Below are positions 1 through 8,301 of a DNA stretch of 21,362 bases, in pieces (positions within the stretch are counted from its first letter, which is position 1; every line of letters begins with the position of its first letter). Origin of the DNA: Armatimonadia bacterium (GTDB lineage Bacteria; Armatimonadota; Zipacnadia; Zipacnadales; UBA11051); contig JBDKRC010000337.1 in the NCBI GenBank assembly GCA_039683575.1, forward strand, positions 1-21,362, read 5' to 3'. A program made the position numbers and the translations under genes. The notes under the pieces are model-generated. The model was not told the origin of the DNA, made no database searches, and saw only the letters and a list, made by a program, of their open reading frames with translations.

Positions 1-51
1 GACAACGTCGTCGTAGAGCGAGGGCGCATGGGGCTGAGACTTGTGCTGCAA
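1..51 (-). CDS. 5' fragment of an ORF (MQHKSQPHAPSLYDDVV...), possibly a transposase N-terminus; truncated by the window edge
   Basis: GAGGTG (63..58), 6 nt spacer, TTG at 51..49, open to position 1. The 'PSLY/F' start is reminiscent of IS5/IS1182 transposase N-termini. Only 17 codons are visible. Confidence 0.4.
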   Translation of the reverse strand, partial: MQHKSQPHAPSLYDDVV

Positions 52-119
52 GCAGATCACCTCAACCAAGGATTCCCTTGAGACAAAACGATACCTGCTT
101 GCTGTTTTTCAGCGGCTAC
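1..119 (-). mobile_element. Probable left end of an insertion sequence (IS5/IS1182-like) interrupting a prepilin gene; continues beyond the window edge
   Basis: On the minus strand, similarity to the intact prepilin paralog stops abruptly after ...GCCATCAT (pos 120). It is followed by GTAGCCGCTGAAAAAC, which resembles the AGGCTGCTGAAAAA-type ends of IS5/IS1182 elements, and then by a GAGGTG RBS and an open frame running off the window. Confidence 0.5.
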
Positions 120-172
120 ATGATGGCAATAACGACCAACAACTCAATAAGCGTGAACCCACGACGTCGCAT
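116..172 (-). pseudogene. Truncated prepilin-type N-terminal cleavage/methylation (DUF1559-like) gene: [18 protein letters not shown]
   Basis: Manual translation from ATG 172 to TAG 118..116. The first 17 aa are identical to the 353..988 protein, with many synonymous differences. It has its own GAGGTG RBS. Not in the supplied ORF track. Confidence 0.9.
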
Positions 173-217
173 GACTGCACCTCTCTGATGTTGGAATTGA
201 GGCGAATTGCGGCCTCG

Positions 218-251
218 TCCGTAATATTAACTCATACTGGTACGGAGTCAA
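218..251 (-). promoter_or_regulatory. Putative sigma70 promoter of the truncated prepilin gene, overlapped by an inverted repeat
   Basis: TTGACT (251..246), 16 nt, TAATAT (229..224). The inverted repeat TCCGTA (218..223) / TACGGA (241..246) brackets the spacer and -10. Confidence 0.4.
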
Positions 252-276
252 CCAACTTGCGCCGTCATTGTCACAC

Positions 277-310
277 AAAAGCCAAAAAGCGTCCGCTTTC
301 GCAGACGCTT
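277..310 (-). terminator. Rho-independent terminator downstream of the intact prepilin gene
   Basis: Minus strand reads AAGCGTCTGC-GAAA-GCGGACGCTT followed by TTTGGCTTTT. Confidence 0.75.
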
Positions 311-352
311 CTTGGTAAGTAATACGCGGAGTTCGGGCGAAGCCCGAGAGCG

Positions 353-988
353 CTACTGCCACTCGCCGCGCAGCGTCCCTGCAATCGCCACGGACTGAGG
401 GGTGCTGAACGGCGCGCCGTTGATCCACTTCGCGTGGCCGTCGGCGAAGTTCGCGTTGAAACCATCGTTGTGGATCTTCGTGGCCCACACATACGCGGTG
501 CCGGTGGCGATGTTGTCATAGAGTCGCCAGTAGTTGTTCACGCCGTCAACGTTGATACCGGTCTCGGACGGGAGCTTGCAGGTCCCCAGCGACTGGCCGG
601 AGGCGAGCAGGTTATAGCCATAGTTGATCGTGTAGCGGGTGTCGCTGGTGTTGCCGGAATTCACAGACTTGACGCTGGAACTCGGGCAGGCCAGGATCTG
701 CAGGTTCTTCATGTACGGCTCGACCTGCTGCCACCAGTAATTGGGCCACTCAGGGCCGGCGAGGAAGGTTGCGGTGGGGATGTAGCCAGCCTCAAGCGGC
801 ATGCGCTCGTCATAGTCCTGCGCATAGGAGAGGATGGCCGTGGCAATCTGCTTGGTATTGCTCAGACAAGAACTCTGCCGGGCCTTCTCACGGGCCTTGG
901 CAAACACGGGGAACAGGATGGCGGCCAGGATCGCGATGATAGCGATAACGACCAAAAGCTCAATCAAAGTGAAACCGCGACGTCGCAT
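353..988 (-). CDS. DUF1559 / prepilin-type N-terminal cleavage-methylation protein with C-terminal H-X9-DG motif
   Basis: [43 protein letters not shown] at the N-terminus; [16 protein letters not shown] near the C-terminus; GAGGTG RBS. Confidence 0.95.
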   Translation of the reverse strand: MRRRGFTLIELLVVIAIIAILAAILFPVFAKAREKARQSSCLSNTKQIATAILSYAQDYDERMPLEAGYIPTATFLAGPEWPNYWWQQVEPYMKNLQILACPSSSVKSVNSGNTSDTRYTINYGYNLLASGQSLGTCKLPSETGINVDGVNNYWRLYDNIATGTAYVWATKIHNDGFNANFADGHAKWINGAPFSTPQSVAIAGTLRGEWQ

Positions 989-1204
989 CGATGCACCTCA
1001 GCAGCGATGATGGTATGGGCATCATCACAAAGATATTGGGAGGCATACCGCCTATTAATTACGGCTATATCTTAGCCACTATGACCAATCTGCAAACAAA
1101 TATGTTCCAGCGGACACATGTCTATGCTACACCGGCGGCGGACATGACTCATCTTCCAGTAACTGAAAATAAAACCGCCCGCTTGGGAACTCCTGTGCAA
1201 CCAC

Positions 1205-1234
1205 TGGATGTTTCGGTACTGAGGAGGGTATAAT
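1205..1234 (+). promoter_or_regulatory. Putative promoter for the ABC operon
   Basis: Perfect TATAAT at 1229..1234 in an AT-richer intergenic region; weak -35 (TGGATG, 1205..1210). Confidence 0.4.
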
Positions 1235-1327
1235 AGCCCTGCCCTGTTTCATGCTTACACGCGTTGCTGCTTTCCCCATGCTCTTGAATGTCTGGCCACG
1301 GTGCGCCGTGGCGGGAGGTGTTCGAAA

Positions 1328-2251
1328 ATAGCCCTAGCAATTCGCACCGACAACCTGCGTAAGGTCTACGGCAAGGATGCTGAGGGGCGCGAAGTTGGCC
1401 TGCTGGGTTTGACCCTCGAAGTTGAGCAGGGCCAGATCTTCGGCCTCGTCGGCCCCAATGGCTCCGGTAAGACCACCTCGCTCAAGCTGCTGCTCGGCCT
1501 CATTTTCCCCGACAGCGGCGGCGGTGAGATCCTCGGCTACAAGCTTGGCGATCCCGCGTATCGCGAGCGCATCGGCTTTCTCCCCGAAGAGCCCTACTAT
1601 TACGATCACCTCAACGCTCTCGAACTGCTCCACTTCTATGGCGGGCTGTTCGGCATTGGCGGGGCCAAGCTGGATGAGAAGATCAAAGAGCTCCTCGACC
1701 TCGTGGGCATGTGGGACCGCCGCTTCATCCGCGTGCGCGACTATTCCCGCGGCATGCGCCAGCGCATTGGCGTCGCTCAGGCTCTCATCAACGACCCCGA
1801 CCTCGTGTTCATGGACGAACCCACCTCCGGCCTCGATCCCATCGGCGCCATGCAGATCCGCGACGTAATCATCAAGATCCGCAACCGCGGCAAGACTGTC
1901 TTCCTGTGCTCTCACTTGCTCAAGGAGATGGAGCCGCTGTGTGACAACGTCGCGATCCTCGCCCGCGGGCAGCTCAAGGCCTTCGGCAGCATCGAGAGCC
2001 TCCTCGTCGGCAAGGACGCTATCATGCTGACCGCCGATAAGGTCCCGGCGAGCGCTCTCGACAGCCTCAAGGCGCTCACCGACCGGGTCCGCCTCGAGGG
2101 CGATAGCCTCACCGCGTACTTCACAGATCAGTCCAAGGCCCTCCAGGGCGGGCAGGTCGTGCAGGATACCGGCGGCATGCTCACCTTCATGGGGCCGCAA
2201 CGCCGCAGCCTCGAAGAAGTCTTCATCGAAAAAGTTGGAGAGGAAAGCTAG
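1328..2251 (+). CDS. ABC transporter ATP-binding protein (PilH-like ABC-2 type); start probably ATA at 1328 (track start is GTG 1301)
   Basis: Walker A GPNGSGKTT, signature YSRGMRQR, Walker B VFMDEP, H-loop CSH. Strong SD GGAGGTG (1314..1320) lies 7 nt before the in-frame ATA. Confidence 0.93.
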   Translation: MALAIRTDNLRKVYGKDAEGREVGLLGLTLEVEQGQIFGLVGPNGSGKTTSLKLLLGLIFPDSGGGEILGYKLGDPAYRERIGFLPEEPYYYDHLNALELLHFYGGLFGIGGAKLDEKIKELLDLVGMWDRRFIRVRDYSRGMRQRIGVAQALINDPDLVFMDEPTSGLDPIGAMQIRDVIIKIRNRGKTVFLCSHLLKEMEPLCDNVAILARGQLKAFGSIESLLVGKDAIMLTADKVPASALDSLKALTDRVRLEGDSLTAYFTDQSKALQGGQVVQDTGGMLTFMGPQRRSLEEVFIEKVGEES

Positions 2252-2253
2252 TC

Positions 2254-3066
2254 ATGCGCGCAATCTACCGTGTGGCCAGAGCCACCTTCCACGAAGCCTG
2301 GCGCCGCCGCTTCCTGAACATCTTCCTGGTCTTCGGGATCCTCATCATTGGCTCGTCCTGGGTCTTTGCTTACCTGCAGCCCGGCGCCGAGTTGAAGATG
2401 ATCATTGACGTCAGCCTCGGCTCCATCCGCTTCTTCGGCATGCTCATCGCCGTCTTCATGGGCACCCGCCTGATCCCCGACGAAATCGAGAAACGAACCA
2501 TCCACACGATCCTGACCAAACCGGTCAGCCGTGCCGAGTTCCTTTTCGGTAAGTTCCTCGGCGGAATCGCCACCATCTTCGCCAACGTGGCGCTGATGGG
2601 CGCCGCCTTCCTCATCGTCTTCGCGATCAAGGCCCCGCAGTTCCGCGCCATGACCACTGAAGGCTCCATGAGCATGGAGTTCATGACCGGCAATATTGTC
2701 AAAGCCGTCATACTCAGCTTCTTTGAGTTGACTGTGCTCATGAGCATTGCCGTCGTCGCTTCCACCGTCTTCTCATGGATTATCGCGGCGATCTTCTCCT
2801 TCTTCGTGTACTTCGTGGGCCAGATGGCCGAGTTCTTCAACCAGCTCGCCAACCCCGAGCGCGACATCCCGGCCGTTGCCAAGGCGCTGCTCGGCGTCAT
2901 CTACAAGCTCCTGCCGCACTTTGAGATCTTCGACATCCGCGAAGCCATCATGCGCGACCAGTTCATGCCGTGGAACGTGATGGGCAAGATTGTCGCTCAA
3001 GGTCTCGCCTATACGCTGATCGTGATGCTCATCGGGTACCTGATTTTCAACGACCGCGAAGTCTAG
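2254..3066 (+). CDS. ABC-2 type transporter permease (PilI-like)
   Basis: About 6 hydrophobic segments; motif EIEKRTIHTILTKPVSRAEFLFGKFLG; starts 2 nt after the ATPase stop. Confidence 0.9.
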   Translation: MRAIYRVARATFHEAWRRRFLNIFLVFGILIIGSSWVFAYLQPGAELKMIIDVSLGSIRFFGMLIAVFMGTRLIPDEIEKRTIHTILTKPVSRAEFLFGKFLGGIATIFANVALMGAAFLIVFAIKAPQFRAMTTEGSMSMEFMTGNIVKAVILSFFELTVLMSIAVVASTVFSWIIAAIFSFFVYFVGQMAEFFNQLANPERDIPAVAKALLGVIYKLLPHFEIFDIREAIMRDQFMPWNVMGKIVAQGLAYTLIVMLIGYLIFNDREV

Positions 3067-3083
3067 TGGCGTCCTCATTCCGC

Positions 3084-3106
3084 GTAGTGCGACCGTCTCG
3101 GTCGCT
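3084..3106 (+). repeat. GTAG-type REP-like palindrome inside the ABC operon
   Basis: GTAG-T-GCGACCG-TCT-CGGTCGC-T (7-bp perfect stem). Confidence 0.65.
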
Positions 3107-3150
3107 CTCCAGATGCTCACAAAACAGCGCACCCTCGGTGAAACTGAACC

Positions 3151-4206
3151 ATGAACCGTAAAACGAAAAAGATAACCGGCTGGCTGGTCGTTATTGCGCT
3201 GATTATCGCAGTTCAGCCTCTGGCCAGGCGCGTCAGCCTCGACCGGCTGGTTCTGGGCATCAACCCGCCCACTCCCTGGACGCGCATTCTCGCCCGTAGC
3301 AATCAGGACCCGGAACTCGCGGTCACCGGCGTGACCGGCGTCATCGTCGGTGCCATTCTCGGTGGCTTCCGCGAAGTCGCGGCCTCGATGTTGTGGATGA
3401 AGACTGACACCCTCTGGGACAAGGGCGAGGGCACACACGCCCAGGCGCTCTGGACCATGCGTCTGACCACGCTGCTCGACCCGCACTGGCTGGAGCCCTG
3501 GCGCATCACAGGCTGGCATCTCGCTTACAACATGTTCGTCGAGACCGACGATCCGAAGGAAAAAGCCAAGTTCCTGCAGATGGGCGTGGATAGCCTCAAA
3601 GAGGGCGTCTCCTGGAACCCAGACCGCTATGATCTGTACTTTGAGCTTGGCTGGACCTACTTCGACAAGGTCCGCGACTACGAGGAAGCCGCCAAGTGGA
3701 TGCAGGCTGCGATCCAGTTCCCGCACCCCGAGTACATCGACCGCATGATTGCCCACGCCTTCGAGCGCCTGCCGGACATGCCGCGCGCACTCGACTGGTA
3801 TGACTACTGTCTCAAGCGCAACCCGACCGACGGCACCGCCGCCGGGGCTACAATCACCATCCGTGAGCGCTACCTGCCCGCCTGGAAGCTCATGGAGCAG
3901 GGCAAGTACGATGAGGCCATCGCCGCCATCGACAAGTGGCTGCTGGTAGAACCCAACAGCACCCTCGGCCTGCACATGAAGGGCCTCATCTACGAGAGGG
4001 CCGGTAACCTGGAAGGCGCCTACGAAGCCTGGAAGCTCGCTGGCGAAACCAGCGCTCTCAACGCCCACGCGCAGGCCAAAGCGGTGGAGATAGCCCATAA
4101 GCTGGGCAAGCCAGTGCCCGAAGTGGCCCAGAGCCTCTTCCGCGAGAAAGCCAAGGGCGGCATGGGCATCTCCCGTCCGGAAGAAGAAGCCGCAAAGAAG
4201 AACTAA
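3151..4206 (+). CDS. Membrane-anchored tetratricopeptide-repeat protein (PilG/XapA-like)
   Basis: Basic N-terminus plus a hydrophobic helix; LGGFREVAASMLW...LTTLLDPHW...GWHLAYN block; TPR-like helices (LYFELGWTYFDKVRDYEEAAKW, GKYDEAIAAIDKWLLVEPN). Confidence 0.8.
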   Translation: MNRKTKKITGWLVVIALIIAVQPLARRVSLDRLVLGINPPTPWTRILARSNQDPELAVTGVTGVIVGAILGGFREVAASMLWMKTDTLWDKGEGTHAQALWTMRLTTLLDPHWLEPWRITGWHLAYNMFVETDDPKEKAKFLQMGVDSLKEGVSWNPDRYDLYFELGWTYFDKVRDYEEAAKWMQAAIQFPHPEYIDRMIAHAFERLPDMPRALDWYDYCLKRNPTDGTAAGATITIRERYLPAWKLMEQGKYDEAIAAIDKWLLVEPNSTLGLHMKGLIYERAGNLEGAYEAWKLAGETSALNAHAQAKAVEIAHKLGKPVPEVAQSLFREKAKGGMGISRPEEEAAKKN

Positions 4207-4262
4207 CTTCGCCTCAAAGCAAGCCGTAGCAAACATGCTTCCCTGATTCAACCGCCCCCACC

Positions 4263-4293
4263 AATGGACCGGCCCCACAGGCCGGTCCATTTT
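4263..4293 (+). terminator. Terminator-like hairpin after the ABC-TPR operon
   Basis: AATGGACCGGCC-CCACA-GGCCGGTCCATT (12-bp perfect stem) ending in TTTT. Confidence 0.7.
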
Positions 4294-4322
4294 GCCGTCT
4301 CCCGGCAGGCCACTCTGCTCCC

Positions 4323-5375
4323 GTGGCGAAAACCATCACCATGACCTCACCCGAACGCGTCTTCACCACCCTCCAGGGCAAGCAAGCCGACCGCGTCCCG
4401 ATCATGGAGCTGACGATCGATCCGCGCATCATCGCGGCGCTCTGCCCCGGCGGCGACATCTTCGACTTCATCGAGCACATGGACCTCGACGTCGTCCCCA
4501 TCGGCATCATGATGGATCGCCGCCCGGTCGAGTGGGTGGACAAAGACAAGCGCATCTTCCGCGACAAGTGGGGCGGGCTGCAGCGCTTCACGACCGAGGT
4601 CATGCCCATCTCCTGTGATCCCCCACGCCTCGAAACCGACGCCGACCTCGACGCGTACGTCGGCCCCGACGGCAACGACCAGTACTTCCTCGACATGGCC
4701 CGACAGGCGGTGGCGCGGTTCAAGGGCAAAAGGGCCATCTGCTTCGTCGGCGAGGCCGTCTTCGCCCCTTCTCAGTACCTCCGCGCGGGTCTCGAAAACC
4801 TCCTCGTGGACTACGCCACCCGCCCCGACTTCGTCAAACGCCTCGCGAAAGTCGGCGTTGAGTACCACGTCGAGCTATACCGCCGCCTCATCGCCGAGGG
4901 AGTCGAGATCATTCTGCTGGGTGATGACTACGCCTGGAAGATGGGCCCGTTCATGTCGCCGCGCCATTTCGCGGAGTACATCCTCCCCGGCTTCACCACC
5001 ATCGTGCAGGAGTGCAAGCGCGCCGGGGCCTACGTCATCAAGCACACCGATGGCGACCTCTGGAAGATCATCGACATGATTGTGGGGGCGGGAGTGGACT
5101 GTCTGGGACCTCTGGAACCGGTGCCGGGGATGGAACTGGAGAAGATCAAGGCCCATTTCGGTGGCAAAGTGGCGGTAATGGGGAACGTGGATGTGGACCT
5201 GCTCTGCCGGGGAACGGTGGAAGAGGTCATCGCGGCGACGCGCCACCTGCTTGAGACCGCCTCCGTTGGTGGCGGCCACATAATGTCCTCAGGCAACAGC
5301 ATCATCTCGGCGGTGAAGCCCGAGAACTACGCGGCAATGGTGGAGACAACGAAGCGGTACGGGGCTTACAGCTAG
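4323..5375 (+). CDS. Uroporphyrinogen decarboxylase (URO-D)/MtaA-CmuA family protein; ATG 4341 is an alternative start
   Basis: MTSPERV..TLQG..ADRVP start, DKWG, R.GLENLL.D, LGDDYA...GPFMSP..F.EYILP, HTDG, GNVD, GGGHIMSSGNSI...VKPEN. Function as true HemE is not supported. Confidence 0.88.
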   Translation: MAKTITMTSPERVFTTLQGKQADRVPIMELTIDPRIIAALCPGGDIFDFIEHMDLDVVPIGIMMDRRPVEWVDKDKRIFRDKWGGLQRFTTEVMPISCDPPRLETDADLDAYVGPDGNDQYFLDMARQAVARFKGKRAICFVGEAVFAPSQYLRAGLENLLVDYATRPDFVKRLAKVGVEYHVELYRRLIAEGVEIILLGDDYAWKMGPFMSPRHFAEYILPGFTTIVQECKRAGAYVIKHTDGDLWKIIDMIVGAGVDCLGPLEPVPGMELEKIKAHFGGKVAVMGNVDVDLLCRGTVEEVIAATRHLLETASVGGGHIMSSGNSIISAVKPENYAAMVETTKRYGAYS

Positions 5376-5384
5376 CTCGAGCCG

Positions 5385-6428
5385 TCAGGACCCCGAGGGG
5401 GGCACCCGCCGTTCCCGTTCGTCCTTCCCCCGCCCCGCCGCCAGATACAACCACCCCAGTGCCCCGGTGATGATACACAATAGCAGGTTAAGCGTATGCC
5501 AGCCAAGCTCCGCAGCGATCGCCTCGGCCCGCCCAATCCCGAGCACCAGTAGTACCGCGGCACTCACCGCGTCCTGCGCCCCGTAGCCCGCCGGGCCATT
5601 GATCGGCACCACCGAACTGACCACCGTCACGGTGCTCACATACACCACCGCCGCCGCCGACAGCCCGAGCCCCACCGCGTGCAGGGCCGCGTAGTTGATC
5701 GCCATCCCGCACGACCAGATCAGCACGCTCTGCAGCCACAATGACGGTAGCAGGCTGCGGAAGGCGTCCGGATCCGCTACCGTCAGCGCGTGCTCGACCA
5801 GCGCTTCGCCCTTTGCCCGCCACCGCCGCAGCCCCGGCAACCCCAGCGCCCACCGCGACATCGGCTGCAGCACCCGCGCCAACGTCTGCGGCCATACCAC
5901 CAGCCCCACGCACAGCGCGAGCAGCAGCAGCGCAGGCAGCAGCACCATTAGTGGCGTTTGCAGGCTCGGCAGCAGTTGGCTCGAGATGATGAACAGCCCG
6001 GTCACCACGGCCAGGTCCATCAGCCGCACCGCGACCAGTATCTTGCCCGCCAGAGCCACGCCCAGGCCCCCCTCCCGCGCCAGCAGCGCCACAAACGAGA
6101 CCTCGCCGGCGCGCATCGGCAGCACGGTGAGGAGCAAGTTCTGCACCATCGCTATCCCGCTGAGACGCAGCAGGGGGAGGCGGTGTCTGGTCAACGTATG
6201 GAAACGCCAGCCGCGCAGTACCTGCATCAGCAGGCAGAACCCCAGCGCTGGCACCAACCACTCCGTCTTCGCTCGTTGGAGCAGTTGAGCGATATCCCGG
6301 GGGTGAATCTGCGACACGAGGAGAGCAATGATCGCCAGGCTGATCAGGATTACCAGAACTCGGGCCCACACCGGCACGCGTCGCGTCGGCTGACCGTCAG
6401 TAGCTTCGTCCGGCGGTAGGTTCGTCAT
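5385..6428 (-). CDS. Flippase-like membrane protein (lysylphosphatidylglycerol synthase TM / UPF0104 family)
   Basis: Polytopic; LRGWRF, LP.RAGE, RLMDL, P.NGPAG.G motifs. ATG 6428 overlaps the methyltransferase stop (ATGA). Confidence 0.85.
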   Translation of the reverse strand: MTNLPPDEATDGQPTRRVPVWARVLVILISLAIIALLVSQIHPRDIAQLLQRAKTEWLVPALGFCLLMQVLRGWRFHTLTRHRLPLLRLSGIAMVQNLLLTVLPMRAGEVSFVALLAREGGLGVALAGKILVAVRLMDLAVVTGLFIISSQLLPSLQTPLMVLLPALLLLALCVGLVVWPQTLARVLQPMSRWALGLPGLRRWRAKGEALVEHALTVADPDAFRSLLPSLWLQSVLIWSCGMAINYAALHAVGLGLSAAAVVYVSTVTVVSSVVPINGPAGYGAQDAVSAAVLLVLGIGRAEAIAAELGWHTLNLLLCIITGALGWLYLAAGRGKDERERRVPPSGS

Positions 6429-7144
6429 CGCGCCTTGATCCCGCACGCGATAATGCTCTTGGTCAACACCCGCACCCTTGGCACCCCGTTAAGCCTGTAC
6501 TGCAGTCGCCACGACGCATACTGCAGGCCACATGCAGCCCGCGCCAGCACATTCAGCACCGGATTGCCCGTCACATACAGATCAACCGGCCGCGTATCAA
6601 CCTCGTCAAACCCGGCCGTCTCCAGCACCTGCCGCAAAGTCTCATCGGTGTAGCCGGTCACATGGGTCAGGTCCATGTACCTCGTCCGCGTGCCGGTGAC
6701 GAGGTTGCTCATGTTGGGAACCTTGATCAGCAGCCGCCCACCCGGTGCGAGCCGTGAGTGGATTAGCCCGAGCAGCGGCACAACCTGCGGCTTCTCAATG
6801 TGCTCCAGCACATCATTCATCACCACCGCCGCATATGGACGCTCCCGCTGCAGGTACTCGGTGGCGTCCGCCTGCTCCACCTCGAGCCCCAGTTCGCGGC
6901 AGCACGCCACATTCTCCGCCACCAGATCCAGCCCGCACACCTCGCGCCCCAGTTCTGTCCGGCAAAAGTGCAGAAAATCGCCCAGCCCACACCCTATGTC
7001 CAAGAGCAGCCCCTCCGGCAGGTCTTGCAGTAGCGGCAGGTAGTTGCGCCGGAAATACCGCCGGGCCGTTGCCTCGTCGGGAAACGTCTTCAGTCTTCGC
7101 AGAATCTCGGAGTAGGTCCCCGCCAGCGGGTCGTTGATCTTCAT
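6425..7144 (-). CDS. Class I SAM-dependent methyltransferase
   Basis: LLDIGCGLG motif I, DVLEH, LAPGGRLLIKVPN, D.TH, L..AGF; ATGA coupling to the GT4 gene. Confidence 0.9.
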   Translation of the reverse strand: MKINDPLAGTYSEILRRLKTFPDEATARRYFRRNYLPLLQDLPEGLLLDIGCGLGDFLHFCRTELGREVCGLDLVAENVACCRELGLEVEQADATEYLQRERPYAAVVMNDVLEHIEKPQVVPLLGLIHSRLAPGGRLLIKVPNMSNLVTGTRTRYMDLTHVTGYTDETLRQVLETAGFDEVDTRPVDLYVTGNPVLNVLARAACGLQYASWRLQYRLNGVPRVRVLTKSIIACGIKAR

Positions 7145-8301
7145 GAGCGCGCCGCCATCTCCTCAAAAACCGCCTCATACCGCTGTGCCATACGCGCGAT
7201 ACTAAGCTCCGCCGCAGTCTCTCTCGCCCCCGCTGCCAGCCTCCGCCGCAGGTCCTCGTCATCCAGCAGGCGTCGCCACGCCGCGGCAAACCTCGCCGGC
7301 TCCGCCTCGTTCAGTACCAGCGCGTTGACCTCGTGGCGCAGGAAATCCCGCTGCCCGCCCTCGATCGTGCTCACCACCGGCAGCCCGCTATACATGGCCT
7401 CCACGTACACCACGCCAAACGCCTCGTGCAGCGACGAGAGCGCAAACACATCACTTGCCATGAGCAACTGGAATTTCCGTTCATCCGTCACCCATCCCGC
7501 CAGATGCACCCGCTCCGCTACCCCCAGCCGCGCCGCCAGCGCCTGCAACTCCTCCCGCAGCGGCCCCTCGCCGATCAGCAGCAAATGCGCCCTATCGTCG
7601 TCGAGCAGCGCCAGCGCCTCGATCAGCCTGTGATACGCCTTGCGCGCGATCAGCCGCCCGACGCTGGCGGTAATGAACGCCTCCTCCGGCAGCCCCAGCA
7701 CCTCCCGGCTCAGAGGCGTAACCTCCGGCGCACGCTGTCCGTGCGGCAGCACCAGAATGCTCTGCGTGTCCACGCCACAGTACTGACCGGCCCGGTCCCG
7801 CAGTTCGCTCGACACCGCTGCCACGCGGTTCGCCCTGCGAATAAGCCTCCCCACATACCGCCGCAGGCACGGCCAACGGTGCGGCGACATCCACTTGCTC
7901 GGGTCATACACATCCCCGCCATGCAGGTCCATCAGGTGCGGCACCCGCAGCTGGCGAGCCAGGTAATCCCCCACCGGCCCGCTCGGCAGCGCAAACCACG
8001 TGTTGATGACGTCCGGCCGAAACTCCCGCGCCACCTGCAGCCCCAGCTTCCGCCCCCCCCACATGAACCCCGCCATCGAGCTCAGACTCGCCACTGACTG
8101 GCTGCCCCGTCCCGGCACCGGCACCCGCACGATCTCCACTCCGTCCAGCCGCTCTCGCGCCGCCAGCTCCGGCGTCCCCGACGTCAGCACCATCACCTCA
8201 TGCCGCCGCGCAAGCTCCACCGCGAGTTCCCGCATGGACATCCCCCCACCGCCCCCCAGCGGCGGGTACTCATAGTTCACAAACAGTATCCGCACCCTCA
8301 C
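7141..8301 (-). CDS. Glycosyltransferase family 4 (GT-B fold)
   Basis: YEYPPLGGGG, VGRL..RK, IGEGP, EAFGVVYVEAM..GLPVV (EX7E); GTGA overlap with the GT2 gene. Confidence 0.93.
   Translation of the reverse strand: MRVRILFVNYEYPPLGGGGGMSMRELAVELARRHEVMVLTSGTPELAARERLDGVEIVRVPVPGRGSQSVASLSSMAGFMWGGRKLGLQVAREFRPDVINTWFALPSGPVGDYLARQLRVPHLMDLHGGDVYDPSKWMSPHRWPCLRRYVGRLIRRANRVAAVSSELRDRAGQYCGVDTQSILVLPHGQRAPEVTPLSREVLGLPEEAFITASVGRLIARKAYHRLIEALALLDDDRAHLLLIGEGPLREELQALAARLGVAERVHLAGWVTDERKFQLLMASDVFALSSLHEAFGVVYVEAMYSGLPVVSTIEGGQRDFLRHEVNALVLNEAEPARFAAAWRRLLDDEDLRRRLAAGARETAAELSIARMAQRYEAVFEEMAARS

Noticed and set aside
41-322. 93-aa plus-strand ORF
   Set aside because: Overlaps the minus-strand prepilin stub, promoter and terminator; no RBS or motif.
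991-1340. Short ORFs (80 aa +, 63 aa -) or a riboswitch in the divergent intergenic region
   Set aside because: AT-richer promoter-like DNA with atypical codon usage; only small hairpins and no riboswitch consensus that I can recognise.
2773-4290. 505-aa minus-strand ORF
   Set aside because: Antisense shadow of the permease and TPR genes in GC-rich DNA; no motifs.
4323-5375. Calling the URO-D-family gene hemE
   Set aside because: It lacks the HemE N-terminal W.MRQAGR motif and has no heme-biosynthesis neighbours.
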